From NCBI RefSeq assembly GCF_046972725.1, contig NZ_JBKVXF010000003.1, positions 281,735 to 345,734 of the forward strand: 64,000 nt of DNA. The letters run 5' to 3'. Of this stretch, positions 10,010 through 18,453 are shown piece after piece. This stretch comes from Lacrimispora sp. Lineage in GTDB: Bacteria; Bacillota; Clostridia; Lachnospirales; Lachnospiraceae. Under the pieces are notes generated by a model that saw only the letters and a list, made by a program, of their open reading frames with translations, was not told where the DNA came from and did not search any database. The translations under genes and the position numbers were made by a program. Position 1 is the first letter of the stretch; every line of letters begins with the position of its first letter.

Positions 10010-10210
10010 GGTTGTACCTCCCTTTCGTAAGATCTGATACCGTGATATCCACCAGCGATTATCATCGTAGACTTGATTGAAATAAGTACTCATTGGAACA
10101 AAGTGCTCCGGTACATCCAGCATATAAACAATTCAGATAAAGGTAGCGGCAATACACTCCAGTTGAGTAGTCAAAGCTACAGGAAAAAATCAAAAGTCCA
10201 CAGTATCTGA
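10010..10210 (-). ncRNA. Candidate IS110 bridge (seek) RNA in the 5' non-coding end of the element
   Basis: About 200 nt of non-coding sequence lie upstream of the transposase on its own strand. A TATAAT sits at 10215-10220 (minus). IS110-group elements are known to encode a bridge RNA in this position. I did not verify a fold. Confidence 0.3.
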
Positions 10211-10285
10211 ATGTATTATAACCACGATATTAAAAAGAAAGGAACGTGTGATAATTAACTTCCTAATTATCATACAAGGGAACAT

Positions 10286-12232
10286 ATGAAAATAACTCTT
10301 AAGAGCAACAAATATTCTGTAATATTAATTGTTGTTTTTGTTATCGGAGCGGCATTGCGTTTACTCACTGTTACACCAGGTGTTCAAGGTGATGGTAAAG
10401 AATATATTATGCAGACTGTAGCTTTTCAAAATCATTTTTCATTTGGGATTACAGAAGAAGATTTAAGTAACGCAAAGGAAGAATTTTACAACGAAGCAGA
10501 GGCTCTTGAAGCAGAATATAATAATGAAATTCATATGCATGAAAGCGACAATGCAAGGTACAGCAATCATTATGGTGCTTATTCTGCCTTGGTAACGCCT
10601 GTAAAGAGGGTTATTTTAGCCTTGGGAATATATCCGTTATGGGCATTCAGTATTACTAATTACATTTTATGGCTGGCGGCCATCTTGGTGATATTTTTTT
10701 GTCTAAGAACCGATGCAAAAAGAAAATTATGTATTTTAGCACTTTTGATTTTTAATCCAATAATTTTTTATTTGTGTTGGTCGCATAGTGAGGTGTACAT
10801 ATTTGCATTTGTGGTTATGGGATTGGTTTTTTACTATAATAAACAATATGGCCGATCAATCTTTTTTTTGTCAATAGCAGCCACACAAAATCTAGGTGTT
10901 ATACCTTTTGCTATGATGGTAGGAATTGATTATATTGTTGAGTGTATACAGCGATACATAAGCGAATATAAAAAGTTTGATTTTGCTAATTTTGCAAAAT
11001 TATATTGGAAAAAAGTTATACCTTATGTAATTTTTTATATTCCGGCTTTTCTTCCACTTATTTCAACATATGTTAGGTTTGGGACATATAATCTTGTGGC
11101 AGATGTTGCCATGGAAAATAAATATTTACTTCATAAAGCCCTAGATTATGCGTTTGATTTAAATTTAGGAATTTTACCTTACGAACCAATTGTTCTCATT
11201 AGCTTTATAGTTATGGCTATAACTGGATTAAAGAATAATATGAGATCCGTTATTATAAATTTAGTGGGTGTTTTTGGAATGTTGTATATTATTGCACATC
11301 AATTGCAGATAAACAGCGGAATGCAAAATATTATGAGATATAATGTTTGGATAATACCAGTGCTGATTTTTTTTATTGGAATGAATCTAAATATAGACAA
11401 AGATAATGGAAAGAGGTTAATTGCTGTTTGTTTGTCGGAAGCTGTGTTTACAACAGCAATTGTTGGCTATATTATTTGGGGAGGAGGGGATTTTTCGAGT
11501 AACCAATTTGCTCCATGGACAAAAGCAATCATGAATAATTTTCCAGAGTTGTATAATCCTACACATGGCATTTTCTATTCAAGAACTACTGGAGTGGAGT
11601 TATATGAATCATCTGAACCAGTGGTGTATGTTAACAATGATGGATATATTAGGAAAATTCTACTCAGCGAAGAAGCGGAGGAGGTATTCTACTCGGAAAA
11701 TTGGATGTTGGTTGATTCGCAAGGTAATAGTGTAGATAAAAACAAATTAAAATCAAAAAGCGTTGATGAAGGACAGTATAGATATATAAATGTAAAAGAT
11801 AATTATCGGCATCTGAATGAATATGCACTTGGCGATAAGATATTGTTTTTCTCCGAAAATTATAATGCTGATAATTATGTACAATCAGGTATTTCAGGTA
11901 AAGAAGAACGAATGTCATGGACAGATGCTGATAAATTTAATATGAGTATGCTGTTAAATAGTTCTGCGCCCATGATAAAAGGACATATTGATATTATGGG
12001 GACTTTTTATCAGCCACAAAAGGTGACAATTTTTATTAATGAAAATCAAGTGTTTTGCAATACAATTGAAGGTGAACAAGAAATTAATTTTGTTTTTGAA
12101 AATCCCAAGAATAGAATTGTAAATATGACAATACTTTTACCTGATTCACTGTCGCCTGCAAAGCTTGGATTGTCTGAAGATACAAGAAATCTAGGGATTT
12201 CAATCAGAGAGATGGTGTTTACAGAAAATTGA
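10286..12232 (+). CDS. Large polytopic membrane protein with about 230-aa C-terminal soluble domain; possible GT-C type glycosyl/oligosaccharyl transferase
   Basis: At least 10 hydrophobic segments in residues 1-400, then a hydrophilic tail. It sits in a glycan cluster beside GtrA/GT2 genes. I recognise no diagnostic motif. Confidence 0.45.
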   Translation: MKITLKSNKYSVILIVVFVIGAALRLLTVTPGVQGDGKEYIMQTVAFQNHFSFGITEEDLSNAKEEFYNEAEALEAEYNNEIHMHESDNARYSNHYGAYSALVTPVKRVILALGIYPLWAFSITNYILWLAAILVIFFCLRTDAKRKLCILALLIFNPIIFYLCWSHSEVYIFAFVVMGLVFYYNKQYGRSIFFLSIAATQNLGVIPFAMMVGIDYIVECIQRYISEYKKFDFANFAKLYWKKVIPYVIFYIPAFLPLISTYVRFGTYNLVADVAMENKYLLHKALDYAFDLNLGILPYEPIVLISFIVMAITGLKNNMRSVIINLVGVFGMLYIIAHQLQINSGMQNIMRYNVWIIPVLIFFIGMNLNIDKDNGKRLIAVCLSEAVFTTAIVGYIIWGGGDFSSNQFAPWTKAIMNNFPELYNPTHGIFYSRTTGVELYESSEPVVYVNNDGYIRKILLSEEAEEVFYSENWMLVDSQGNSVDKNKLKSKSVDEGQYRYINVKDNYRHLNEYALGDKILFFSENYNADNYVQSGISGKEERMSWTDADKFNMSMLLNSSAPMIKGHIDIMGTFYQPQKVTIFINENQVFCNTIEGEQEINFVFENPKNRIVNMTILLPDSLSPAKLGLSEDTRNLGISIREMVFTEN

Positions 12233-12458
12233 GAGGTATTATTTGATCCAGACATACGATGTTAAATGCCAATATAGCCCAAAGTAAGTCTCATTGGCTG
12301 AAAGGTTGATTTGCAACTATTTCAATGATAATTAAATATATTTTTTTGGTTTATACATCTTTATATCTATAGTTATTGCTTAAGAAAATTATAATTTGAT
12401 TTTTAGATTTTAACATAGTACAATACCTATAAGATGAAACAAAAGGAGAACCGTATAA

Positions 12459-13529
12459 GTGAACACAACAGCCCTTATCATGGCCGGTGGGCGTGGAGAA
12501 CGTTTCTGGCCTAAAAGCCGTAAAAATATGCCAAAACAGTTTTTATCTCTGACAGATGACGGAAAAACAATGATCCAGTTGACTGTAGATCGTATTTCTT
12601 CAATGGTAAAATTGGAAGATGTATACGTTTCTACTAACAAAGATTATAAAGATTTGGTTTTAAAACAACTTCCAGGTCTTCCAGAACAAAATGTCCTTTG
12701 TGAACCTGTGGGACGCAACACAGCTCCATGTATCGGACTTGGGGCCATGCATATAGCACAAAAGTATAATGATGCTATGATGTTTGTATTTCCGTCAGAT
12801 CATTTAATTAAATTCAATAAAATGTTTATCCGGACATTGCAAGATGCCAGTGATGTGGCTGAAAAGAATGATAATTTAGTTACAATTGGTATTGCTCCAG
12901 ATTACCCAGAGACAGGATATGGATATATTAAATTTGATCCGCAGGTCACTGAGGGACGATCATATAAAGTGGACCGATTTGTAGAAAAACCGAGTTTGGA
13001 AGTGGCGAAAGAGTATTTGTCTTCAGAAGAATATCTGTGGAACAGTGGTATGTTTATCTGGAAAGTATCCTCTATATTAAAAAATATGGAAAAATACATG
13101 CCAGATACCTATAATGCCCTGAAAAGAATTCAGGCAGTTATAGGAACAGAAACGGAAGAGACCGTTCTGGAAAAAGAATTTTATGGAATTCAGTCCCAAT
13201 CCATTGATTATGGCATTATGGAGAAAGCGGATAATATCTACATTCTTCCAGGAACCTTTGGTTGGGATGATGTAGGTTCCTGGCTTGCAGTGGAACGAAT
13301 AAAAAAGACCAATGAGTTCGGTAACGTAGTTAATGGAAATATTATTACAGTAAATACTCATAACTGCATTATTCAGGGAGAAAAAAAGCTGTTAGCGACT
13401 GTTGGTTTGGAAGACATGATTGTAGTTGACACGGAAGATGCCACATTAATTTGTTCCAAGGATCATGCCGGTGATATTAAAAAGGTTCTTGAGAATCTGA
13501 AGATATGCAATCGTGAAGAATATATATAA
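12459..13529 (+). CDS. manC: Mannose-1-phosphate guanylyltransferase
   Basis: ALIMAGGRGERFWPKSRKNMPKQFL, GYGYI and EKP motifs are present. GTG start follows AAAGGAGAA. Followed by gmd. Confidence 0.85.
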   Translation: MNTTALIMAGGRGERFWPKSRKNMPKQFLSLTDDGKTMIQLTVDRISSMVKLEDVYVSTNKDYKDLVLKQLPGLPEQNVLCEPVGRNTAPCIGLGAMHIAQKYNDAMMFVFPSDHLIKFNKMFIRTLQDASDVAEKNDNLVTIGIAPDYPETGYGYIKFDPQVTEGRSYKVDRFVEKPSLEVAKEYLSSEEYLWNSGMFIWKVSSILKNMEKYMPDTYNALKRIQAVIGTETEETVLEKEFYGIQSQSIDYGIMEKADNIYILPGTFGWDDVGSWLAVERIKKTNEFGNVVNGNIITVNTHNCIIQGEKKLLATVGLEDMIVVDTEDATLICSKDHAGDIKKVLENLKICNREEYI

Positions 13530-13537
13530 AAAGCTAA

Positions 13538-14584
<1,047 letters not shown>

Positions 14585-14601
14585 ATATAGAGGAGTGTAC
14601 T

Positions 14602-15549
14602 ATGAAGAAGGCATTAATTATAGGTGCTGCAGGCTTCGTAGGAAACTATTTAATAGACCATATTCAGAAAAACTGCGTATGGTCTATTATAGTTACGAAG
14701 ATGAAGCATGAAGAGATTTATAATACTGATATTGATATTCGGGATTTAAATATTTTGAATTATGAAGAGGTAGAAACTTTAATTACAGAAGTTAAACCGG
14801 ATTATATTTTTCATTTAGCAGCACAAAGTTCTGTTGCATTATCCTGGGAAAAACCTGGACTGACAGTTGATGTAAATATTAAAGGTGTTCTGAATGTTCT
14901 TGATTGTATAAGAAAGTTAGACTATAAACCAGCAATTCTTCTTATCGGATCTGGAGAGGAATATGGACATGTAAAGAAGAATGAAATACCGATTGGTGAG
15001 GATAATACATTAAGACCGGGAAACATTTATGCTGTAACAAAGGCCTGTCAAAATATGATAGGCAGTATTTATGCAAAGGCATATGGAATGAATGTTATGA
15101 TGGTTAGGGCATTCAATCATATCGGTCCGAATCAAATACCTGTATTTGTAGTGCCAGATTTTTGCAAGCAAATAGCGGAGATTGAAAAAGGTCTTCGTGA
15201 CCCGGTTCTTAGGGTTGGGAATCTGGAGGCACGACGGGATTTTACTGATGTTAGAGATGTTGTCAGAGCATATGTATTGCTTATTGAAAAAGGAAAACCA
15301 GGAGAGGTTTATAATATTGGATCTGGACAGTCTGTGTCAATTAAAGACATTTTGAATAAGATAATAAGTTTTTCTATGACTTCTGTATCTATAGAAGTAG
15401 ACCCAGATAAGCTTCGCCCTATTGATGTTCCAATAATAGAAGCTGACATAACAAAGCTTAAAGAATGTACTGGCTGGTCTCCAAATATTTCGTTGGATAC
15501 AACATTAAAAGAAACTCTAGACTATTGGAGAACTGAATTAAACAAATAA
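14602..15549 (+). CDS. rmd: GDP-4-dehydro-6-deoxy-D-mannose reductase (GDP-D-rhamnose forming, Rmd-type)
   Basis: GAAGFVGNYL, IYAVTKAC, VRAFNHIGPNQ, LRVGNLEARRDFTDVRDV and YNIGSGQ align with my recollection of P. aeruginosa Rmd (ARPFNHIGPGQ, LEVGDIDVSRDFLDVQDV, YNVCSGQ), not with Fcl/WcaG. Confidence 0.75.
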   Translation: MKKALIIGAAGFVGNYLIDHIQKNCVWSIIVTKMKHEEIYNTDIDIRDLNILNYEEVETLITEVKPDYIFHLAAQSSVALSWEKPGLTVDVNIKGVLNVLDCIRKLDYKPAILLIGSGEEYGHVKKNEIPIGEDNTLRPGNIYAVTKACQNMIGSIYAKAYGMNVMMVRAFNHIGPNQIPVFVVPDFCKQIAEIEKGLRDPVLRVGNLEARRDFTDVRDVVRAYVLLIEKGKPGEVYNIGSGQSVSIKDILNKIISFSMTSVSIEVDPDKLRPIDVPIIEADITKLKECTGWSPNISLDTTLKETLDYWRTELNK

Positions 15550-15640
15550 ATAAGTAATTTCTGCATTTATAAACATTAACATTTAAAATATATAGGATAT
15601 TTTTTGATAAGTCAATGAAAAGGAGAATTTGCAAAACAAC

Positions 15641-17323
15641 ATGGATAAAAAGATAAGCAGTAAGTGGAATGAATGGAGAAAACAAAATTTAGCTGATCCT
15701 GATTTGATGAATGAACTGGATAGTATCAAACAGAATGAAAGTGAAATTTTTGACCGCTTTTACAGAGAACTGGAATTTGGTACCGGAGGTTTAAGAGGAG
15801 TTATTGGTGCAGGTACAAACCGCATGAATATATATACTGTTGCAAAAGCAACGCAGGGGTATAGCAATTATTTAAAAAAACAGATGAAGTCTCCTTCTGT
15901 TGCCATAGCCTATGATAGCCGTATTAAATCAGATCTGTTTGCAAAAAAGGCAGCAGAGGTATTTGCGGCAAATGGGATACGTGTGTATATATATCCTGAG
16001 TTAATGCCAACACCTTCTTTATCCTTTGCTGTCAGATATTTAAAATGTGCGGGAGGGATTGTAATTACTGCAAGCCATAATCCATCAATATATAATGGTT
16101 ATAAAGTATATGGAAGTGATGGATGTCAGATTACAACAGAAGCAGCTTCCTCTATTTTGTGTGAGATAGAAAAACTTGATATCTTTAACGATATCAAAAG
16201 TATTTCTTTTGAGAAAGCTCTGTTAGAAGAAAAAATATCTTACATTGACGAAAAGGTAGTTACAGCATTTTTAGATGCAGTTTCCGGACAAACATTGTGT
16301 GGAAATGAAATCAATAAGGGAGTATCCATTGTATATACCCCATTAAATGGTTCAGGGTTAAAGTGTGTTACACAAGTATTAAAGGAAAATGGCTTTACGA
16401 ATATATCGGTAGTTCCAGAACAGGAAAATCCAGATGGAAATTTTCCAACCTGTCCTTATCCGAATCCTGAAATGAAGGAGGCATTGGACTTAGGATTAAG
16501 GGAAGCAAAAAGACTGGGAAGTGATTTACTTCTTGCTACAGACCCTGATTGTGACCGTGTAGGCATAGCGGTACTTGATAATGGGAAATATGTGCTTTTA
16601 AGTGGTAACGAGGTAGGGATGCTTCTTTTGGATTATATCTGTAAGCGCAGAATTGCGCTTGGTAAAATGCCAAAGGATCCAGTGTTGGTGAAGACAATAG
16701 TTACTATTGATATGGCTGCCAAAATTGCCGGCGATTATGGAGTAAGAGTAATTGACGTATTGACGGGCTTTAAATTTATTGGTGAGCAGATAGGGCGTCT
16801 GGAAGCAAATGGTCAAGAGGAAAGCTTTATTTTGGGGTTTGAAGAAAGCTATGGCTATTTGACTGGTGGATATGTACGTGATAAAGATGCTGTAGTTGGT
16901 TCTTTAATGATATGTGAAATGTTTGCTTATTATAAAACGCAGGGTCTTAGTCTGGTGGAGGTATTAACTGGTTTATATGAAAAGTATGGTTACTGTTTGA
17001 ATACCTTACACAGTTATACTTTTGAAGGTGCAGAAGGATTTCAGAAAATGCAGACAATTATGCATAGTTTAAGAGAATCCTCTTTAATGCAGATTGGATC
17101 CAGGAATGTTATTGAAGTAAAGGATTATCAGAAGGGGATTGATGATCTTCCTAAATCTAACGTATTAAAATATCTTCTTGATGGAGAAGCTTCCATCGTT
17201 ATAAGACCATCTGGTACTGAACCTAAAATAAAAGTATATCTTTCTGTTAGTGCTGAGAATCGGGAAGAAGCTGAAAAATTAGAAAATAGTATGGCAAAGG
17301 AACTGGAAAAGATATTTGAATAG
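15641..17323 (+). CDS. Phosphomannomutase/phosphoglucomutase (alpha-D-phosphohexomutase superfamily)
   Basis: Active-site loop TASHNPSIYNGYK, metal loop ATDPDCDRVG and sugar loop GFEESYGY are present. I prefer ATG 15641 (AAAGGAGA is 14 nt upstream) over TTG 15629. Confidence 0.9.
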   Translation: MDKKISSKWNEWRKQNLADPDLMNELDSIKQNESEIFDRFYRELEFGTGGLRGVIGAGTNRMNIYTVAKATQGYSNYLKKQMKSPSVAIAYDSRIKSDLFAKKAAEVFAANGIRVYIYPELMPTPSLSFAVRYLKCAGGIVITASHNPSIYNGYKVYGSDGCQITTEAASSILCEIEKLDIFNDIKSISFEKALLEEKISYIDEKVVTAFLDAVSGQTLCGNEINKGVSIVYTPLNGSGLKCVTQVLKENGFTNISVVPEQENPDGNFPTCPYPNPEMKEALDLGLREAKRLGSDLLLATDPDCDRVGIAVLDNGKYVLLSGNEVGMLLLDYICKRRIALGKMPKDPVLVKTIVTIDMAAKIAGDYGVRVIDVLTGFKFIGEQIGRLEANGQEESFILGFEESYGYLTGGYVRDKDAVVGSLMICEMFAYYKTQGLSLVEVLTGLYEKYGYCLNTLHSYTFEGAEGFQKMQTIMHSLRESSLMQIGSRNVIEVKDYQKGIDDLPKSNVLKYLLDGEASIVIRPSGTEPKIKVYLSVSAENREEAEKLENSMAKELEKIFE

Positions 17324-17504
17324 GGATAAGGAGCTATCAGAGTAGTATTACATTATATTTTCTGATTCGATTTATTAAAGTTTCAGATGCTTCTGGTGCT
17401 TTGGGAGAAGATAATTTCTGTTTGCCTTGTTACGCAGCTACTTATAAAATATATAAAAGAACGATCTTCTTAGTATAAATAAAATCGTAAGTGTATGGAT
17501 TGTA

Positions 17505-17872
17505 AAAAAGAAGGGAAAGGAATGCGCCTGTATCTGCTCCGGCGGCCAGCTCCGCCTTTCGGTACTCATTCTGCTGGATCTGCTTATAAAAGGCAGTGTG
17601 TTTATGTTTTATTCCGGGGACTTTGACCCCGACGGTCTTTTGAGTGCACAGAAGCTGGTTTCCCTGTACAAAAGCCGGCTGAAACTTTGGTGCTGTCAGC
17701 CAGAGAACTATATCATAGAGCCATGTATGCCGAAGTAATCAGTCCCAAACGGTTAAAACAGCTTGATAAGCGTTCGCTTGAAAGTCTGGTCATACTTGCA
17801 GTCCAGCTCCTGGAATATACCCCCCGGATATCAGTAAAATGTAATGGATTATTTTTTAAAAATATCATATGA
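17505..17872 (+). pseudogene. 5'-truncated, frameshifted remnant of a DUF2399/TIGR02679 (JetD-like, Toprim) gene
   Basis: My translation gives CACICSGGQLRLSVLILLDLLIKGSVFMFYSGDFDPDGLLSAQKLVSLYKSRLKLWCCQPENY, then a stop. It continues in another frame as AEVISPKRLKQLDKRS. The YSGDFDPxGL and LW motifs match my recollection of the family's C-terminus. The frame opens only at 17505, where composition changes. Confidence 0.55.
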
Positions 17873-17877
17873 CTGAC

Positions 17878-17907
17878 AAAAAATACCTGCTTCGGCAGGT
17901 ATTTTTT
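17878..17907. terminator. Bidirectional rho-independent terminator
   Basis: AAAAAATACCTGC-ttcg-GCAGGTATTTTTT is a perfect hairpin with an A-run on one side and a T-run on the other. It lies between the remnant (+) and the RHH gene (-). Confidence 0.8.
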
Positions 17908-17921
17908 GTCTGAAGCTGAGA

Positions 17922-18092
17922 TCATATCTTTTTGTCTTCTCTCTCTTTGCGAAGTGCTCTGAGTCCCAGACGGATTAGCTCTACCGTAGCTTCAGACCTG
18001 GTCTGGAATCGGTTTTCAAAGCGAAAATCTTCGATTTGCCTGAACAGTTCGTCATCAACAGAAACCGTATATCTTGGTTTGTTCGTAGCCAT
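17922..18092 (-). CDS. Ribbon-helix-helix (CopG/Arc-like) DNA-binding protein, 56 aa (below ORF-track cutoff)
   Basis: My translation of the minus strand gives MATNKPRYTVSVDDELFRQIEDFRFENRFQTRSEATVELIRLGLRALRKEREDKKI. GAGGTG lies 6 nt upstream of the ATG. The pattern is beta-strand, helix, helix. Confidence 0.7.
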   Translation of the reverse strand: MATNKPRYTVSVDDELFRQIEDFRFENRFQTRSEATVELIRLGLRALRKEREDKKI

Positions 18093-18133
18093 ATCAATCA
18101 CCTCATACTATAAAGTAATATAATTATACATCA

Positions 18134-18223
18134 GTGAACCAGAGAAGTAAAGATGAAATCAAACAAAGGTATTGACAGTGAATCGGTGAACCAATATAAT
18201 GGAAAGTAAGGTTCAGTGAACCA
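18134..18223. repeat. Three direct copies of GTGAACCA (18134, 18186, 18216) plus a GTGAATC half-match, candidate operator sites
   Basis: Read directly from the sequence: tcaGTGAACCAgag, tcgGTGAACCAata, tcaGTGAACCActa. The middle copy lies in the spacer of the promoter below. Confidence 0.6.
18172..18200 (+). promoter_or_regulatory. Consensus sigma-A type promoter
   Basis: TTGACA (18172-18177), an exact 17-nt spacer, and TATAAT (18195-18200). It lies 48 nt upstream of the RHH gene at 18248. Confidence 0.65.
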
Positions 18224-18247
18224 CTAAAAAGAAAGGAGAAGGATTTT

Positions 18248-18427
18248 ATGGACTCAGGCTTGAAACGGTTTACAATCTCTCTGACGGCTGATATGGAGGC
18301 TGAGCTGAGAGTGGTAAGGAAAACTTATTTTAATAAAGTTACCCGTAATGAGATGATGAAAGAGTTAATTCGTCGGGGATTGAAAGCCGTGGCTGCAGAT
18401 GGGGGCAGGAGTGAAACTAATACGTAA
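18248..18427 (+). CDS. Ribbon-helix-helix DNA-binding protein, 59 aa (below ORF-track cutoff)
   Basis: My translation gives MDSGLKRFTISLTADMEAELRVVRKTYFNKVTRNEMMKELIRRGLKAVAADGGRSETNT. AAAGGAGAAGG lies upstream. It ends 26 nt before the giant gene. Confidence 0.7.
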   Translation: MDSGLKRFTISLTADMEAELRVVRKTYFNKVTRNEMMKELIRRGLKAVAADGGRSETNT

Positions 18428-18453
18428 GATGAGTGTTCGGGGAGGGACAAAAA

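Larger units (their letters stand above)
8700..10260 (-). mobile_element. IS110-family insertion sequence (boundaries approximate)
   Basis: A single DEDD-type transposase gene with about 140 nt and 250 nt of flanking non-coding sequence. It sits between the gtrA pseudogene and the next intact gene. Its G+C is visibly higher than the surrounding AT-rich island. No terminal inverted repeats were seen, as expected for IS110. Confidence 0.7.

Noticed and set aside
10249-10272. Perfect 9-bp palindrome TGATAATTA-n6-TAATTATCA, considered as an IS terminal inverted repeat
   Set aside because: IS110 elements lack terminal inverted repeats, and there is no matching copy at the other end. It is more likely an operator or part of the promoter region of the membrane-protein gene. 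It remains unresolved.
17687-18123. Track ORFs 17687-17872 (+), 17713-17925 (-) and 17932-18123 (+) as genes
   Set aside because: The first is the out-of-frame tail of the DUF2399 remnant. The second spans a terminator. The third is antisense to a much better RHH gene that has an RBS.
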